From a virus (Duplodnaviria > Caudoviricetes), in the IMG/VR virus record IMGVR_UViG_3300021400_001148, positions 96,001 through 160,000 of that record: a stretch of 64,000 bases of DNA. One strand, written 5' to 3'. Of this stretch, positions 52,975-61,532 are shown one piece after another. Made by a program: the position numbers and the translations under genes. The first letter of the stretch is position 1; every line of letters starts with the position of its first letter. Below the pieces are notes generated by a model, which saw only the letters and a program-made list of their open reading frames with translations, was not told where the DNA came from and did not search any database.

Positions 52975-53074
52975 CCAAGGCGCAACCGCGGCAGCCGCTT
53001 TTGCGCCAAAAAGAAAAGGGGGCACCGGTCACACCAACATAGTTGGGTTTACAGCCGAATTTAAGCCCCTTGTT
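52975..53074. repeat. 100-bp exact duplicate of 45768-45867
   Basis: Dyad, A-tract and motif Y identical base for base. Confidence 0.9.
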
Positions 53075-53079
53075 ATTTG

Positions 53080-53948
53080 TCAGATTTTACCGAACACCGC
53101 ACCCTTGACGAAGTTATAAACCTCTCTGATGGTTTTCTTGCTGAGGTTTTCCCAAGGCAGGAGCACAATGTTGTCGCTCTCGCCATCGTTGTCATCGATG
53201 ATGATGCCACCAGGGCAGACTTCGGCCATAAACGCACTTCCAATCATAACGGGGTGCGTTTCCATAAAGTCGTAGTCGAGTTTGGGCATATGGAGCATCT
53301 CTACCCTGCGGGCGGCCCTAAGCATAGCCTCAAAGAACCAATCGTTCTGGTCGGTCTTGAACGAATCGTTGTACTTTTCTACTACCGCAGCAATCTTGCG
53401 AATCATTTTCTTTGTTCTCATGTCTTGTTCTCGTTTGGTATTACAAAGATAAACAATTTTATTTCCACCCTGCGGGTTTCGGCGCAACGGGGGCAGCCGA
53501 CTTTGCGCCTACAACGAACCCCCGAGGACCGCTCCCCGGGGGACAACAACCAAAACACAAACTATGAGAGTTAAACAAACACTACATTCTCGTTTAATAT
53601 TTCCATAAAGTGGTCAAAGTCCGCAGGACCGACACCGACACTATTTCCGCCAAGCGAAAAACTTCCGTTTTCGGGAAAGGCCGACACCTCTTTGAGGGAA
53701 TTTTCAGCGATTTTCACACCATAAGCGAAAGTAAATGCTTTGTTGGACTTCACTTGTTTCCTCCACCCAATCTTCCTTACACGCCTATCGAAAAACTGTA
53801 TACCTTTCTTTTTTGCAAGCTCCTCATCAGCCTTTTCTTCTGCCGATGAAAGGTCCTTTGCGTCAATGTGAAAACACACACTTCCGTATTGTGGCCAGTT
53901 GTTTATTACAAACTTGCTTTGGCAAGTCACACTGAAAATCTTTGTCAT
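53080..53948 (-). CDS. Two hypothetical ORFs in the first two units of the array (53571-53948, 53080-53421)
   Basis: Starts set by promoters 53968 and 53444. Confidence 0.65.
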
Positions 53949-54034
53949 ATCCCTTTCGTTTACATTACAAAGATACGAAAACATTTGAAGGGCCTTGCTG
54001 ATTGGGCGCAACCTCGGCAGCCACCTTTGCGCTG

Positions 54035-54545
54035 TACCCCTCCCTACACTACCCCTATGGGAGGACCTCCTACATCTTACCTCTATCTCCCCTCCCTACA
54101 TTTCCCCTTCCTACAAATGGCCGTTTAGGGGCGGACTGTTGGCCGTGAATTTTTTACTAATTAAAAACCCGTTTCACATAGGGGGTAGGGGTCTTTTTCT
54201 GAAAGGCCTTTTTCAAAAAATTTTTTTAAAAAATTCACGGAATTCTCCTAGCAGACCCCCGGGGGGGGTGGGAAAACAGAGGCCCCCGGGCCGGGGGAAA
54301 AGGTGGGGCGGGGGGAGGACGCGGTGAAGCCCCGGGGGCAATTGTGTGTACGGGGAAGCAAATGTACCGGGAACAACCGTTCAAATTTAAAATCTTGCTC
54401 TGAAACGGAAAAAACTTAGGGGTAGGGGGTCTTTTTCCCAAGGTACCATATCCCGAAAAAATTTTTTATATGTAACTTATTGATTTTCAAATATTTGCTA
54501 TTTGCTCACGAAAAGCAAAGCAAAACCCCCGGGGGGTTATCCGAG
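54035..54545. other. Noncoding G/C-skewed divergence region (possible genome end or origin)
   Basis: C-rich CCCTAC tracts, then G-tracts; GGGGTAGGGG(G)TCTTTTT twice; CCCCGGGG three times. Confidence 0.45.
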
Positions 54546-54899
54546 AGGTAGTGTTACTTTTTGATGATGTTCACCGTCACCTCAGCCGGCTCGTCTTCCC
54601 ACTTAAAGTCTTTGAATGCTTCTTTCATCCCCGGGAGATGTGTTATTTCCTCGGGGTCTCTGGTTGCGGCGACTGTATACCAAAACCCCCGTCAAGTTCC
54701 TCCCTTAACGGTTTATGTTCGAAAAAGAGCCAGAGGGAATTGTTTTTCTTGTCTCTGGTGACATATCCATCCACTAATTTCAATATATCCATAATCATTG
54801 CCAAGTGGTATATTTTACTCTTTGCAAATATACAAAAACCTTGGAAATATAACCGCGTAAATAGAGGGGGTTATATATTTATTAGAAAAACAACGGTTT

Positions 54900-56111
54900 A
54901 TGGACAATGTTAAGTATATATGGGTTGACAGCCGCGTTGAGGGCATCGGTTCCTCTTGGTACTACGGGGGACAGGACCAGATGACCCCGGATGAACTGCA
55001 GGCATTTTTAACTAAGTACAATGCTGTCGCCTTCTACAAGGGTAATTTCTATGACAATGTGAAAGACATCCCCCTTGGCTATGAACGCCAAGAATATGAC
55101 ACTTATGGAATGCCATCCGGCCGTTATACAACAGTGACGCCAACGGTAACAGTCGTACCCAAGGGAACTACATTGGACAACAACTTTCACCGCTTCAACT
55201 TTCCGGAGGGCTCGATGAAAAGAAGCGGACAGGTACCGGCCAGAAACTGGAGAAACTCCGTCAACGAAGCCTTGAGGATGAGGAAAAATACCGCAGATTA
55301 TTTTTCAACCGATGACCCCGAATCCATTAAGAAAATAAAGGGCCTCAAACAAAACTATGACCCGTATCTTTTTGGCCCCGACGCTGAACTCGAGCATAAC
55401 AAAAAAGAACTTACTGACTTGATTTCGGACCGTGCTGCTGGTAAGGAACACAACCTGCCGAGGCCTAAATGGAGATGGGGCGGCAACAGAATGGACGGCG
55501 AAACAAAAGAAGATTTTGACAATGCACTCTACCTGAACAAAGCATATTCCGAAAACCCCGAAGGTACTGAAAACCTTTATACTGATGAGCCCGGTTACGA
55601 GGAACCCGAGGAAATAAACGAAACTGTTAAACAGGTTGGCAAAAGAAGCATCACTAAAATCAACGAATCACAGTTAGGACAGATTATTGCTGAAAGTGTG
55701 AAGAATGTATTGAAAGAATATTTCAACGGTGTTAACAGAAATTCTTTCAGCAATGATGGAATAAAAAACTATCAGGGAACTGGCTCCGAGGAAAGTAAAG
55801 AAAGAGTGGAAAAAATAAGAGATAAAAGTTCCAAGTTTAGTTTCCCCGGGCCCGAATTTAAACACCCCGGAACGGGAGAAAATGATTCTAGTTATGATAG
55901 ATTCCGCAAACGCAGTGGTGGTGATTTTGAATATGCTCCTACTAACAATATGATGGCAAATCTGGTCTACCAGTACATTAGAGGCATTGCCGGTGGCGAC
56001 ACATCCCTTTCTTCGTCTTTGAAATATTATTTTGAAAAGCCCGAAAACGCCGCTGAGTTCATAGCGTACCTGCACAAAAATGGATTTAAGACAGAAAGAA
56101 TGTGGAAATGA
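54900..56111 (+). CDS. Hypothetical protein, possibly virion-internal
   Basis: Internal KINESQLGQIIAESVKNVLKE motif familiar from large-phage proteins. Confidence 0.7.
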   Translation: MDNVKYIWVDSRVEGIGSSWYYGGQDQMTPDELQAFLTKYNAVAFYKGNFYDNVKDIPLGYERQEYDTYGMPSGRYTTVTPTVTVVPKGTTLDNNFHRFNFPEGSMKRSGQVPARNWRNSVNEALRMRKNTADYFSTDDPESIKKIKGLKQNYDPYLFGPDAELEHNKKELTDLISDRAAGKEHNLPRPKWRWGGNRMDGETKEDFDNALYLNKAYSENPEGTENLYTDEPGYEEPEEINETVKQVGKRSITKINESQLGQIIAESVKNVLKEYFNGVNRNSFSNDGIKNYQGTGSEESKERVEKIRDKSSKFSFPGPEFKHPGTGENDSSYDRFRKRSGGDFEYAPTNNMMANLVYQYIRGIAGGDTSLSSSLKYYFEKPENAAEFIAYLHKNGFKTERMWK

Positions 56112-57034
56112 TTCTTACTGAAAAAGACCTTACATACCTCGTCAAGAAAACAATCCTTGAATACCATAAGGGGCAACAACTGATGTTGCCCTTTGACGGT
56201 AACAGTGAACCGTATAACTATATGCACTTCATGGAATATCTTGAATCGATTGGTAAATATGGGACACTCTCTTCGCAACTGGACCCGAAAGACCCTGAGA
56301 GTTATATCGGAAACAAACTTGAGACATATGTTGAAATAGCAGAGGGAATTTTGGAAGAAATGATTGGCAATGAGCCGGAGGACATCTATTACGAGTTCTT
56401 CCGCCCGTTCGTGAATAAATATGGGCTTGAGTGTATCCGCGGATATATTCGCAAGGAATTTGACGACAACCCGGATAATCTCCTGTGGTGGTGGGGAACA
56501 TTTTGTGATGAGGACTTAAGGTATGCCCTGGACATTGTGAACAAAGTTCTTGACCCGCACTATGTAAACCAGTGGAATGATTTCATGGGTGACTTGGCCC
56601 AAAAAGAAATTCTCAATCTTCTTCAGAGTTTTATAACTAACGAACGAGGGCTTGTATACTGTGAGAGGGAAATAAGTGTACCCAACCTTATGGGGCGGGC
56701 TGATTTTGCAACGCCAACCAACCCTCAAAAAGATGCATACGAATATTTTCGCGAAAACTTTTCCGGCATAGGAGAGTGTTGGTCATATAGTGTTGGTGGT
56801 GGGTGCGCGTATTGTGAAAATACTTACAGGGCAAACGGTGGCGCTACCCACCTGCTTTTAAAAGGCTGGGTGAGACCTGAGGATGTTGATTTGAATACAA
56901 CTATGGTTTTGACGAATTACGACGAGGTTGAACTGCGGCTTAAATTAAATGCTAAAGTCGAAGTTGATGAAATAGTTGTGAGTAAAGTTGGTAAGAGGCT
57001 TCCGCTTAAATCTCCTATAATACTACCAGTGTAA
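56108..57034 (+). CDS. Hypothetical protein with N-terminal LTE tag
   Basis: MILTEKDLTYLVKKTILE. Confidence 0.7.
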   Translation: MILTEKDLTYLVKKTILEYHKGQQLMLPFDGNSEPYNYMHFMEYLESIGKYGTLSSQLDPKDPESYIGNKLETYVEIAEGILEEMIGNEPEDIYYEFFRPFVNKYGLECIRGYIRKEFDDNPDNLLWWWGTFCDEDLRYALDIVNKVLDPHYVNQWNDFMGDLAQKEILNLLQSFITNERGLVYCEREISVPNLMGRADFATPTNPQKDAYEYFRENFSGIGECWSYSVGGGCAYCENTYRANGGATHLLLKGWVRPEDVDLNTTMVLTNYDEVELRLKLNAKVEVDEIVVSKVGKRLPLKSPIILPV

Positions 57035-57924
57035 TGAATATGTTATTGACCGAAAATGACTTAACTTACCTTGTAGGAAAAACCCTGTCGTTAATAAAGG
57101 AAAATTCAAACGACCGGAAGGCAAACGCGTGGGTGAAACAAAACCTTGGTTTGACCGATTTCAATGAAATCAGGGAGGTTATAATGGGTATATACAAAGT
57201 AATTCCATATTCACGCGTGGAAGGCGGAAAATATCTGCCAGGAGTAATGCGATATGTTTTCATTGACCGCATTCCGAGGGACGAATATCCCCTTCTTAAC
57301 AAATTCCTGTATATTATTAAAACCAATTACCCACTACAGAGACAGTTTGATACGGATTTCAACGGATTATCTTTCAGTGAACTGAAAACACAATTTAAAT
57401 CTAACGGTGAAAAACAAGTTGAACCCGTGAATTATGTTGAAAAACGACGGCGGGCAGCAAATGGCTACACTATTACACAAATAGATAATTTCCGTGAAAT
57501 GGAAATGGCTACCGATGGCGAGTGGTGTATCTCAAACAGCAAAAGTGATTGGGACGACATTGTTGGTTATTCCAATGTTACTGTTTACCTTGTTGAAAAC
57601 GAGAATCTAATTGATGAATATGATGCCTATTACGAAAAACATCGTGAAGAGGCCATTCATAAAAAATGGGATTTGGATAATAAAACTGAAGACGACGAGT
57701 GGGAGATGCCGCAGTATGGCAGTGGTGAAGCACCTTATGATGCCTATGGTTTGAGCCGTTTTGTCGTGATAGTATCCAAAGACGGGCATTTGTCAGAATG
57801 CTATTCAAGGTACAACTTACCCAATCTTGCCGACGGGTATTTTTTGAATGAAAGGCAATTGGAAGAAATGCTCGGTGGAAAGTTCGAGGCGTTGTTTCCA
57901 TATGTCAAACATGGCCTGGATTGA
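57034..57924 (+). CDS. Hypothetical protein with N-terminal LTE tag
   Basis: MLLTENDLTYLVGKTLSLIKE; EWCIS motif. Confidence 0.7.
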   Translation: MNMLLTENDLTYLVGKTLSLIKENSNDRKANAWVKQNLGLTDFNEIREVIMGIYKVIPYSRVEGGKYLPGVMRYVFIDRIPRDEYPLLNKFLYIIKTNYPLQRQFDTDFNGLSFSELKTQFKSNGEKQVEPVNYVEKRRRAANGYTITQIDNFREMEMATDGEWCISNSKSDWDDIVGYSNVTVYLVENENLIDEYDAYYEKHREEAIHKKWDLDNKTEDDEWEMPQYGSGEAPYDAYGLSRFVVIVSKDGHLSECYSRYNLPNLADGYFLNERQLEEMLGGKFEALFPYVKHGLD

Positions 57925-57956
57925 TAGAAATCAGTGTTTCAGCGTATTTATATTAT

Positions 57957-59603
57957 ATGGGAAAGATTATTAAATTATCTGAATCACAAATGAGAAAACT
58001 TCTTGGGGACAACTTTGTTTCGTCTGTCCTTAAGGAGGATAACAATAGTTTTGGGAGTGGTTTTGGCGCAGCACAGTCCGCCGGAAAGAGACCATATGAT
58101 ATAAAACCGGGCGAGGGGCGTGCCAAGATGACCAATCTAGGCCATACAGTAATGGGTGGGGAGGTAAAAAATCCTAACACCGAACACCCCGAGAATGAAG
58201 TGGGTCTTCCTGAGACGAAGAACGATTTCATCAATTCTGTAATCAAGTACATTTACAAGGAAAACGGTGGGCCGGTGAACATACTTGACGCCTTGGAAAT
58301 TATTGGCAAACTACAGGGGAAAAACATATCGTCCGAAATCCGTTCAAAGGGTGTTGAAATCGGTGACGATGTCAAGAATTTCCTCGACATGGTGGATATA
58401 TCAACAATTCTTTCCAACTACCTCATTATAGACCAGCCGGACTATGTCTATTACCGCCTGTCAAAACTGTCTCCAGAAGAAATTGCAAGAATCAAGAAAA
58501 CATACAACCGTGATTTCTCCAACTGGGGTAAGAAATGCGATGGTTGTGGCCTTGAGGTATGGAAAACCAATGTCTTCACTAACAGTGGTGATGATGCACA
58601 TATAAACCTGGAATATATGGGGTCCGCCGGTAAATCCTCTGATGGGACCAATCTCGGTGAGATGAAAGCGTACAGGATTCCATTCCAAATTCACCACATG
58701 AATGAAGTTCCGACAGACAATAGTCCGCTCAATCTTTCCTGCCTCTGTCCTAACTGCCACTCGCTCACCGGTTCATATGCAAAGAACCACTCAACAGGAC
58801 TCACAGTGGCGGAATTGGAGAACTTGGTAAAATCCGAGAGGAACAGCGAGGAGGAGAATGACGAGATTGCAAGAAATATTGGGGCTCGCTTGTCACACGG
58901 CAATTTCTTGGATACCTCTTTGTCCGATAAAATGAATTCGGATTTTGCAAGTGCGGAGAATATTAGCACACAAGAAATAGACGAGTGCGTGAATCAAATA
59001 ATTTCACTTGGCAAACAGTGGTTCAGGGATAACATCTCTGGTGAAAACATAGAAACTAAATGGGACGACACTGAGTTTAAGAAAACAAATAGAAGTGAGC
59101 CCCAGTTTGTTTCTGAGGTTGCCGGGCTAAAAGTTTATGCATCCTTCTTGTCTAAATCCAAGAAAACGCTTTTTGTAACTCTGTATACCGACCCCAATGA
59201 CGAGAGGCAAACTTCCAATGCAAGTAATATGCGGAGCAATCCAATTGAGATACCGGTGGTCCTTCCTCAGCAAGGAAACAAATCTCAAGAGATTGCTGAT
59301 AAACAAAAAAACGAATATCTTAGAAAACAGATTTCGCTGTTCATCTTCAGAGCATTGAAGAACAAGGTTTACGGTGGAGCCGAACTCAGTCGTGCTGATT
59401 TCTTGAGTAATTCCGGCGGTGACAAAATCGCCAAGAACAATAAACTTGCAAAGGAACGGGATGTTGACAATTATAACGCCATGGAAAAGAAATCGCCCGT
59501 CAAACTCACGGATAGGAGCCGCAAAGTAGTTGATGATTTATCGTCAATTCCTGACAATGACGTCGCAAAATCATTGGCTAAACTTTATTCAAAAAAAGGT
59601 TAA
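57957..59603 (+). CDS. Large protein with internal HNH nuclease domain
   Basis: IIKLSESQMRKLL tag; KCDGCG...QIHHMNEVPTDNSPLNLSCLCPNCH. Confidence 0.7.
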   Translation: MGKIIKLSESQMRKLLGDNFVSSVLKEDNNSFGSGFGAAQSAGKRPYDIKPGEGRAKMTNLGHTVMGGEVKNPNTEHPENEVGLPETKNDFINSVIKYIYKENGGPVNILDALEIIGKLQGKNISSEIRSKGVEIGDDVKNFLDMVDISTILSNYLIIDQPDYVYYRLSKLSPEEIARIKKTYNRDFSNWGKKCDGCGLEVWKTNVFTNSGDDAHINLEYMGSAGKSSDGTNLGEMKAYRIPFQIHHMNEVPTDNSPLNLSCLCPNCHSLTGSYAKNHSTGLTVAELENLVKSERNSEEENDEIARNIGARLSHGNFLDTSLSDKMNSDFASAENISTQEIDECVNQIISLGKQWFRDNISGENIETKWDDTEFKKTNRSEPQFVSEVAGLKVYASFLSKSKKTLFVTLYTDPNDERQTSNASNMRSNPIEIPVVLPQQGNKSQEIADKQKNEYLRKQISLFIFRALKNKVYGGAELSRADFLSNSGGDKIAKNNKLAKERDVDNYNAMEKKSPVKLTDRSRKVVDDLSSIPDNDVAKSLAKLYSKKG

Positions 59604-59640
59604 AAGAAAATCCGAGTCTATTTGACTCGGATTCTTTTTT
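59604..59640. terminator. Bidirectional terminator
   Basis: ATCCGAGTC-TATTT-GACTCGGAT flanked by A- and T-tracts between convergent genes. Confidence 0.7.
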
Positions 59641-60238
59641 CTGATTCAGCCCACTCCCCGAAAGTTTCCCCGAAAGTTGGGGCGTTTGCATCCTTTGTTG
59701 AGAATTGATAATATTTACCAGGCTTGATTGTGTCGAGCATATTAATGCACCTCTCAGACTCTTTCACCCACGGGGCATCCACCTTGTACTGTACTACCGA
59801 ATTCTCCAAGGCAAGGAAACCATGGGCATATCCTTTCGGTATTAAAACCCACTTGATTTCATCCGGTCTGTCGCAGAATTTCGTTGAAAGATGAAATTCA
59901 TGTATTTTTCCGAAGTCTTTGGAGTTAGGGTCTATGTTAACTGCATAATCCAGAATGTCTCCTTGAATAAGCCGTACAAGTTTGGTTTGCGCGTATTCAC
60001 CTTTTTGAAAGTGGAGGCCTCTTCCGAAATCGGCTCTTGTGAAAGACATATTGTCTTGGATGAAATGAATGTTCAACCCGGTACTTTCCGAGAATTTTTG
60101 CTCATTGAAAAGTTCAGTGAACCAACCCCGGTTATCGGGTATTAGTTTCTCTGTCACAATACTCGGTTCCAAACGGAGGACATCGGACAGTTTGTTAGCA
60201 CCCCCTAAGATAATTTCTTCGTATATTTTAATCTCCAT
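59618..60238 (-). CDS. rmlC: dTDP-4-dehydrorhamnose 3,5-epimerase
   Basis: DNRGWFTE...QDNMS...RGLHFQ...QTKLVR...IPKGYAHGF. Confidence 0.9.
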   Translation of the reverse strand: MEIKIYEEIILGGANKLSDVLRLEPSIVTEKLIPDNRGWFTELFNEQKFSESTGLNIHFIQDNMSFTRADFGRGLHFQKGEYAQTKLVRLIQGDILDYAVNIDPNSKDFGKIHEFHLSTKFCDRPDEIKWVLIPKGYAHGFLALENSVVQYKVDAPWVKESERCINMLDTIKPGKYYQFSTKDANAPTFGETFGEWAESEKRIRVK

Positions 60239-60467
60239 AACAAATATTACCAATTAATTTTTTAAGTCTTTCGTCGATTTCAACACCATCTTTCGGAACA
60301 ACTTTCACTGGGAATGATAATTCTTTTCCCGGCTTGGAAAAAGAGAATCCGCCACCCCAATCAAGGCGCTGCTGGTGATTATAGTCCCACAAAACGACCT
60401 CATAATTATCAAATTCCCGGTCTTGGAAATGAATAAGAATATCTCTCAAATCTCTTATTGTCATCAT
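60228..60467 (-). CDS. Hypothetical protein
   Basis: Coupled ORF. Confidence 0.6.
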   Translation of the reverse strand: MMTIRDLRDILIHFQDREFDNYEVVLWDYNHQQRLDWGGGFSFSKPGKELSFPVKVVPKDGVEIDERLKKLIGNICYGD

Positions 60468-61531
60468 TTTTGGAGGTGTTTAAGTATTTCAGCAACAACA
60501 TCAATTGTCCAGCAATTTCCGAGGAGTCTGTATATCTGGCGTTCGGAGACATCCCAAACATAGTTTTCGGGAAATGTCTGCAGTTTCGCGCACTCACCCG
60601 GCTTCAGTATACGAACTTCCACATGTTTAGGGTCATTGAACTCTATTGCTCCAGTGATGGTTTCTCGTATGAGTTTGCATCCGTTACTCGGTGCTTTATT
60701 TGCAAAAGTCTGTCTGACGGCACCAATCTTATTGACATTTTTGGGGAATTTGTGATTGTAGTCATCATAAGGCAACCAGTATCCCCGGGCAATTTCTTTT
60801 GGTACTGAGTCTACACTCATCTGGTCCAAAATTTTCTCAACACTTTCAGGGGGAAGGCAGTATTTGGCGTTGTCGGTTTCCCAGTCAAGGTAGTTGAAAA
60901 GGTCATACTTCCCAGTAAGGTCATCAACAAAATTAACATCATCAATAATGTTCGTCCAATAAAGTCTGCGTCTTGTTTGCCCTGAGATAACTTTACTATT
61001 AATATAAAGCGGTTTGACACCAAGCGAGTCACTTATAATGTTTTCCCATTTTTCATTCATACCAATGTTTTCCAAAAGGAATTTTACATTGGGATTAACA
61101 GTATTCACCTCATTTAATATTCTGATGAATTCCCAAATGAGGTACCCCTGTCCATCAAATTCAAAGCCGGTGTCCTTTAACTCGAGATACTGTTTTAGGC
61201 TTGTGACCTCAACGGGTTCAATTGGCAATTCAACATCTTTTCTGCCAGTAAAACAAAGCGACTGGCATAATACTCCACCGATGACAAGGCCTGCATCAGG
61301 GAACATCTTACCATCCACTTCGCGGGCATCGCCAATCTGCATAATTTCCGGAAAGTTTATATGCGTTTGATAAATGGCGTATTTGTCAGTTTCACTGGCG
61401 AAATAGCGTTTTGTTTTAATCCCACAACGGTCCAAAGCCAGTTTGGCCCCACCAATGCCATCAAAAAGACTCAGTACAGTAATCCCCGGATTTCGTTTAA
61501 AAATTTTTTTCAGTTTTGCAAAAAGGTTCAT
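60464..61531 (-). CDS. C5-cytosine DNA methyltransferase (atypical catalytic loop)
   Basis: LSLFDGIGG (I), GGVLCQ (IV, normally PCQ), ENI (VI), QTRRRLYW (VIII), LQTFP/LGN (IX-X). Confidence 0.85.
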   Translation of the reverse strand: MNLFAKLKKIFKRNPGITVLSLFDGIGGAKLALDRCGIKTKRYFASETDKYAIYQTHINFPEIMQIGDAREVDGKMFPDAGLVIGGVLCQSLCFTGRKDVELPIEPVEVTSLKQYLELKDTGFEFDGQGYLIWEFIRILNEVNTVNPNVKFLLENIGMNEKWENIISDSLGVKPLYINSKVISGQTRRRLYWTNIIDDVNFVDDLTGKYDLFNYLDWETDNAKYCLPPESVEKILDQMSVDSVPKEIARGYWLPYDDYNHKFPKNVNKIGAVRQTFANKAPSNGCKLIRETITGAIEFNDPKHVEVRILKPGECAKLQTFPENYVWDVSERQIYRLLGNCWTIDVVAEILKHLQK

Positions 61532-61532
61532 A

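Larger units (their letters stand above)
27877..54033 (-). repeat. Array of 36 copies of a 29-bp dyad GGCGCAR-N4-GGCWGCC-N4-YTGCGCC, each 29 (rarely 30) bp upstream of a TAnnTTTG promoter box
   Basis: Plus-strand starts: 27877, 28954, 29774, 30491, 31517, 32793, 33503, 34351, 35216, 35903, 36751, 37664, 38487, 39126, 39834, 40679, 41368, 41925, 42616, 43267, 44143, 45000, 45772, 46713, 47181, 47855, 48286, 48746, 49667, 50224, 50742, 51440, 51984, 52979, 53481, 54005. Confidence 0.95.

Noticed and set aside
28897-54011. N-terminal extensions in the ORF track such as MRRNP..YLCNVK and plus-strand ORFs containing AQxRQPPLRLK
   Set aside because: These are translations through the dyad and promoter. 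True starts lie about 20-25 bp after the TAnnTTTG box.
27877-54033. Dyad array as a CRISPR array
   Set aside because: Intervals are 430-1280 bp and contain genes, the repeats have variable internal positions, and no cas genes are present.
27877-54033. Dyads as classical integron attC sites
   Set aside because: No RYYYAAC/GTTRRRY ends, too short, each unit has its own promoter, and there is no integrase in the window. Only a looser cassette analogy is retained.
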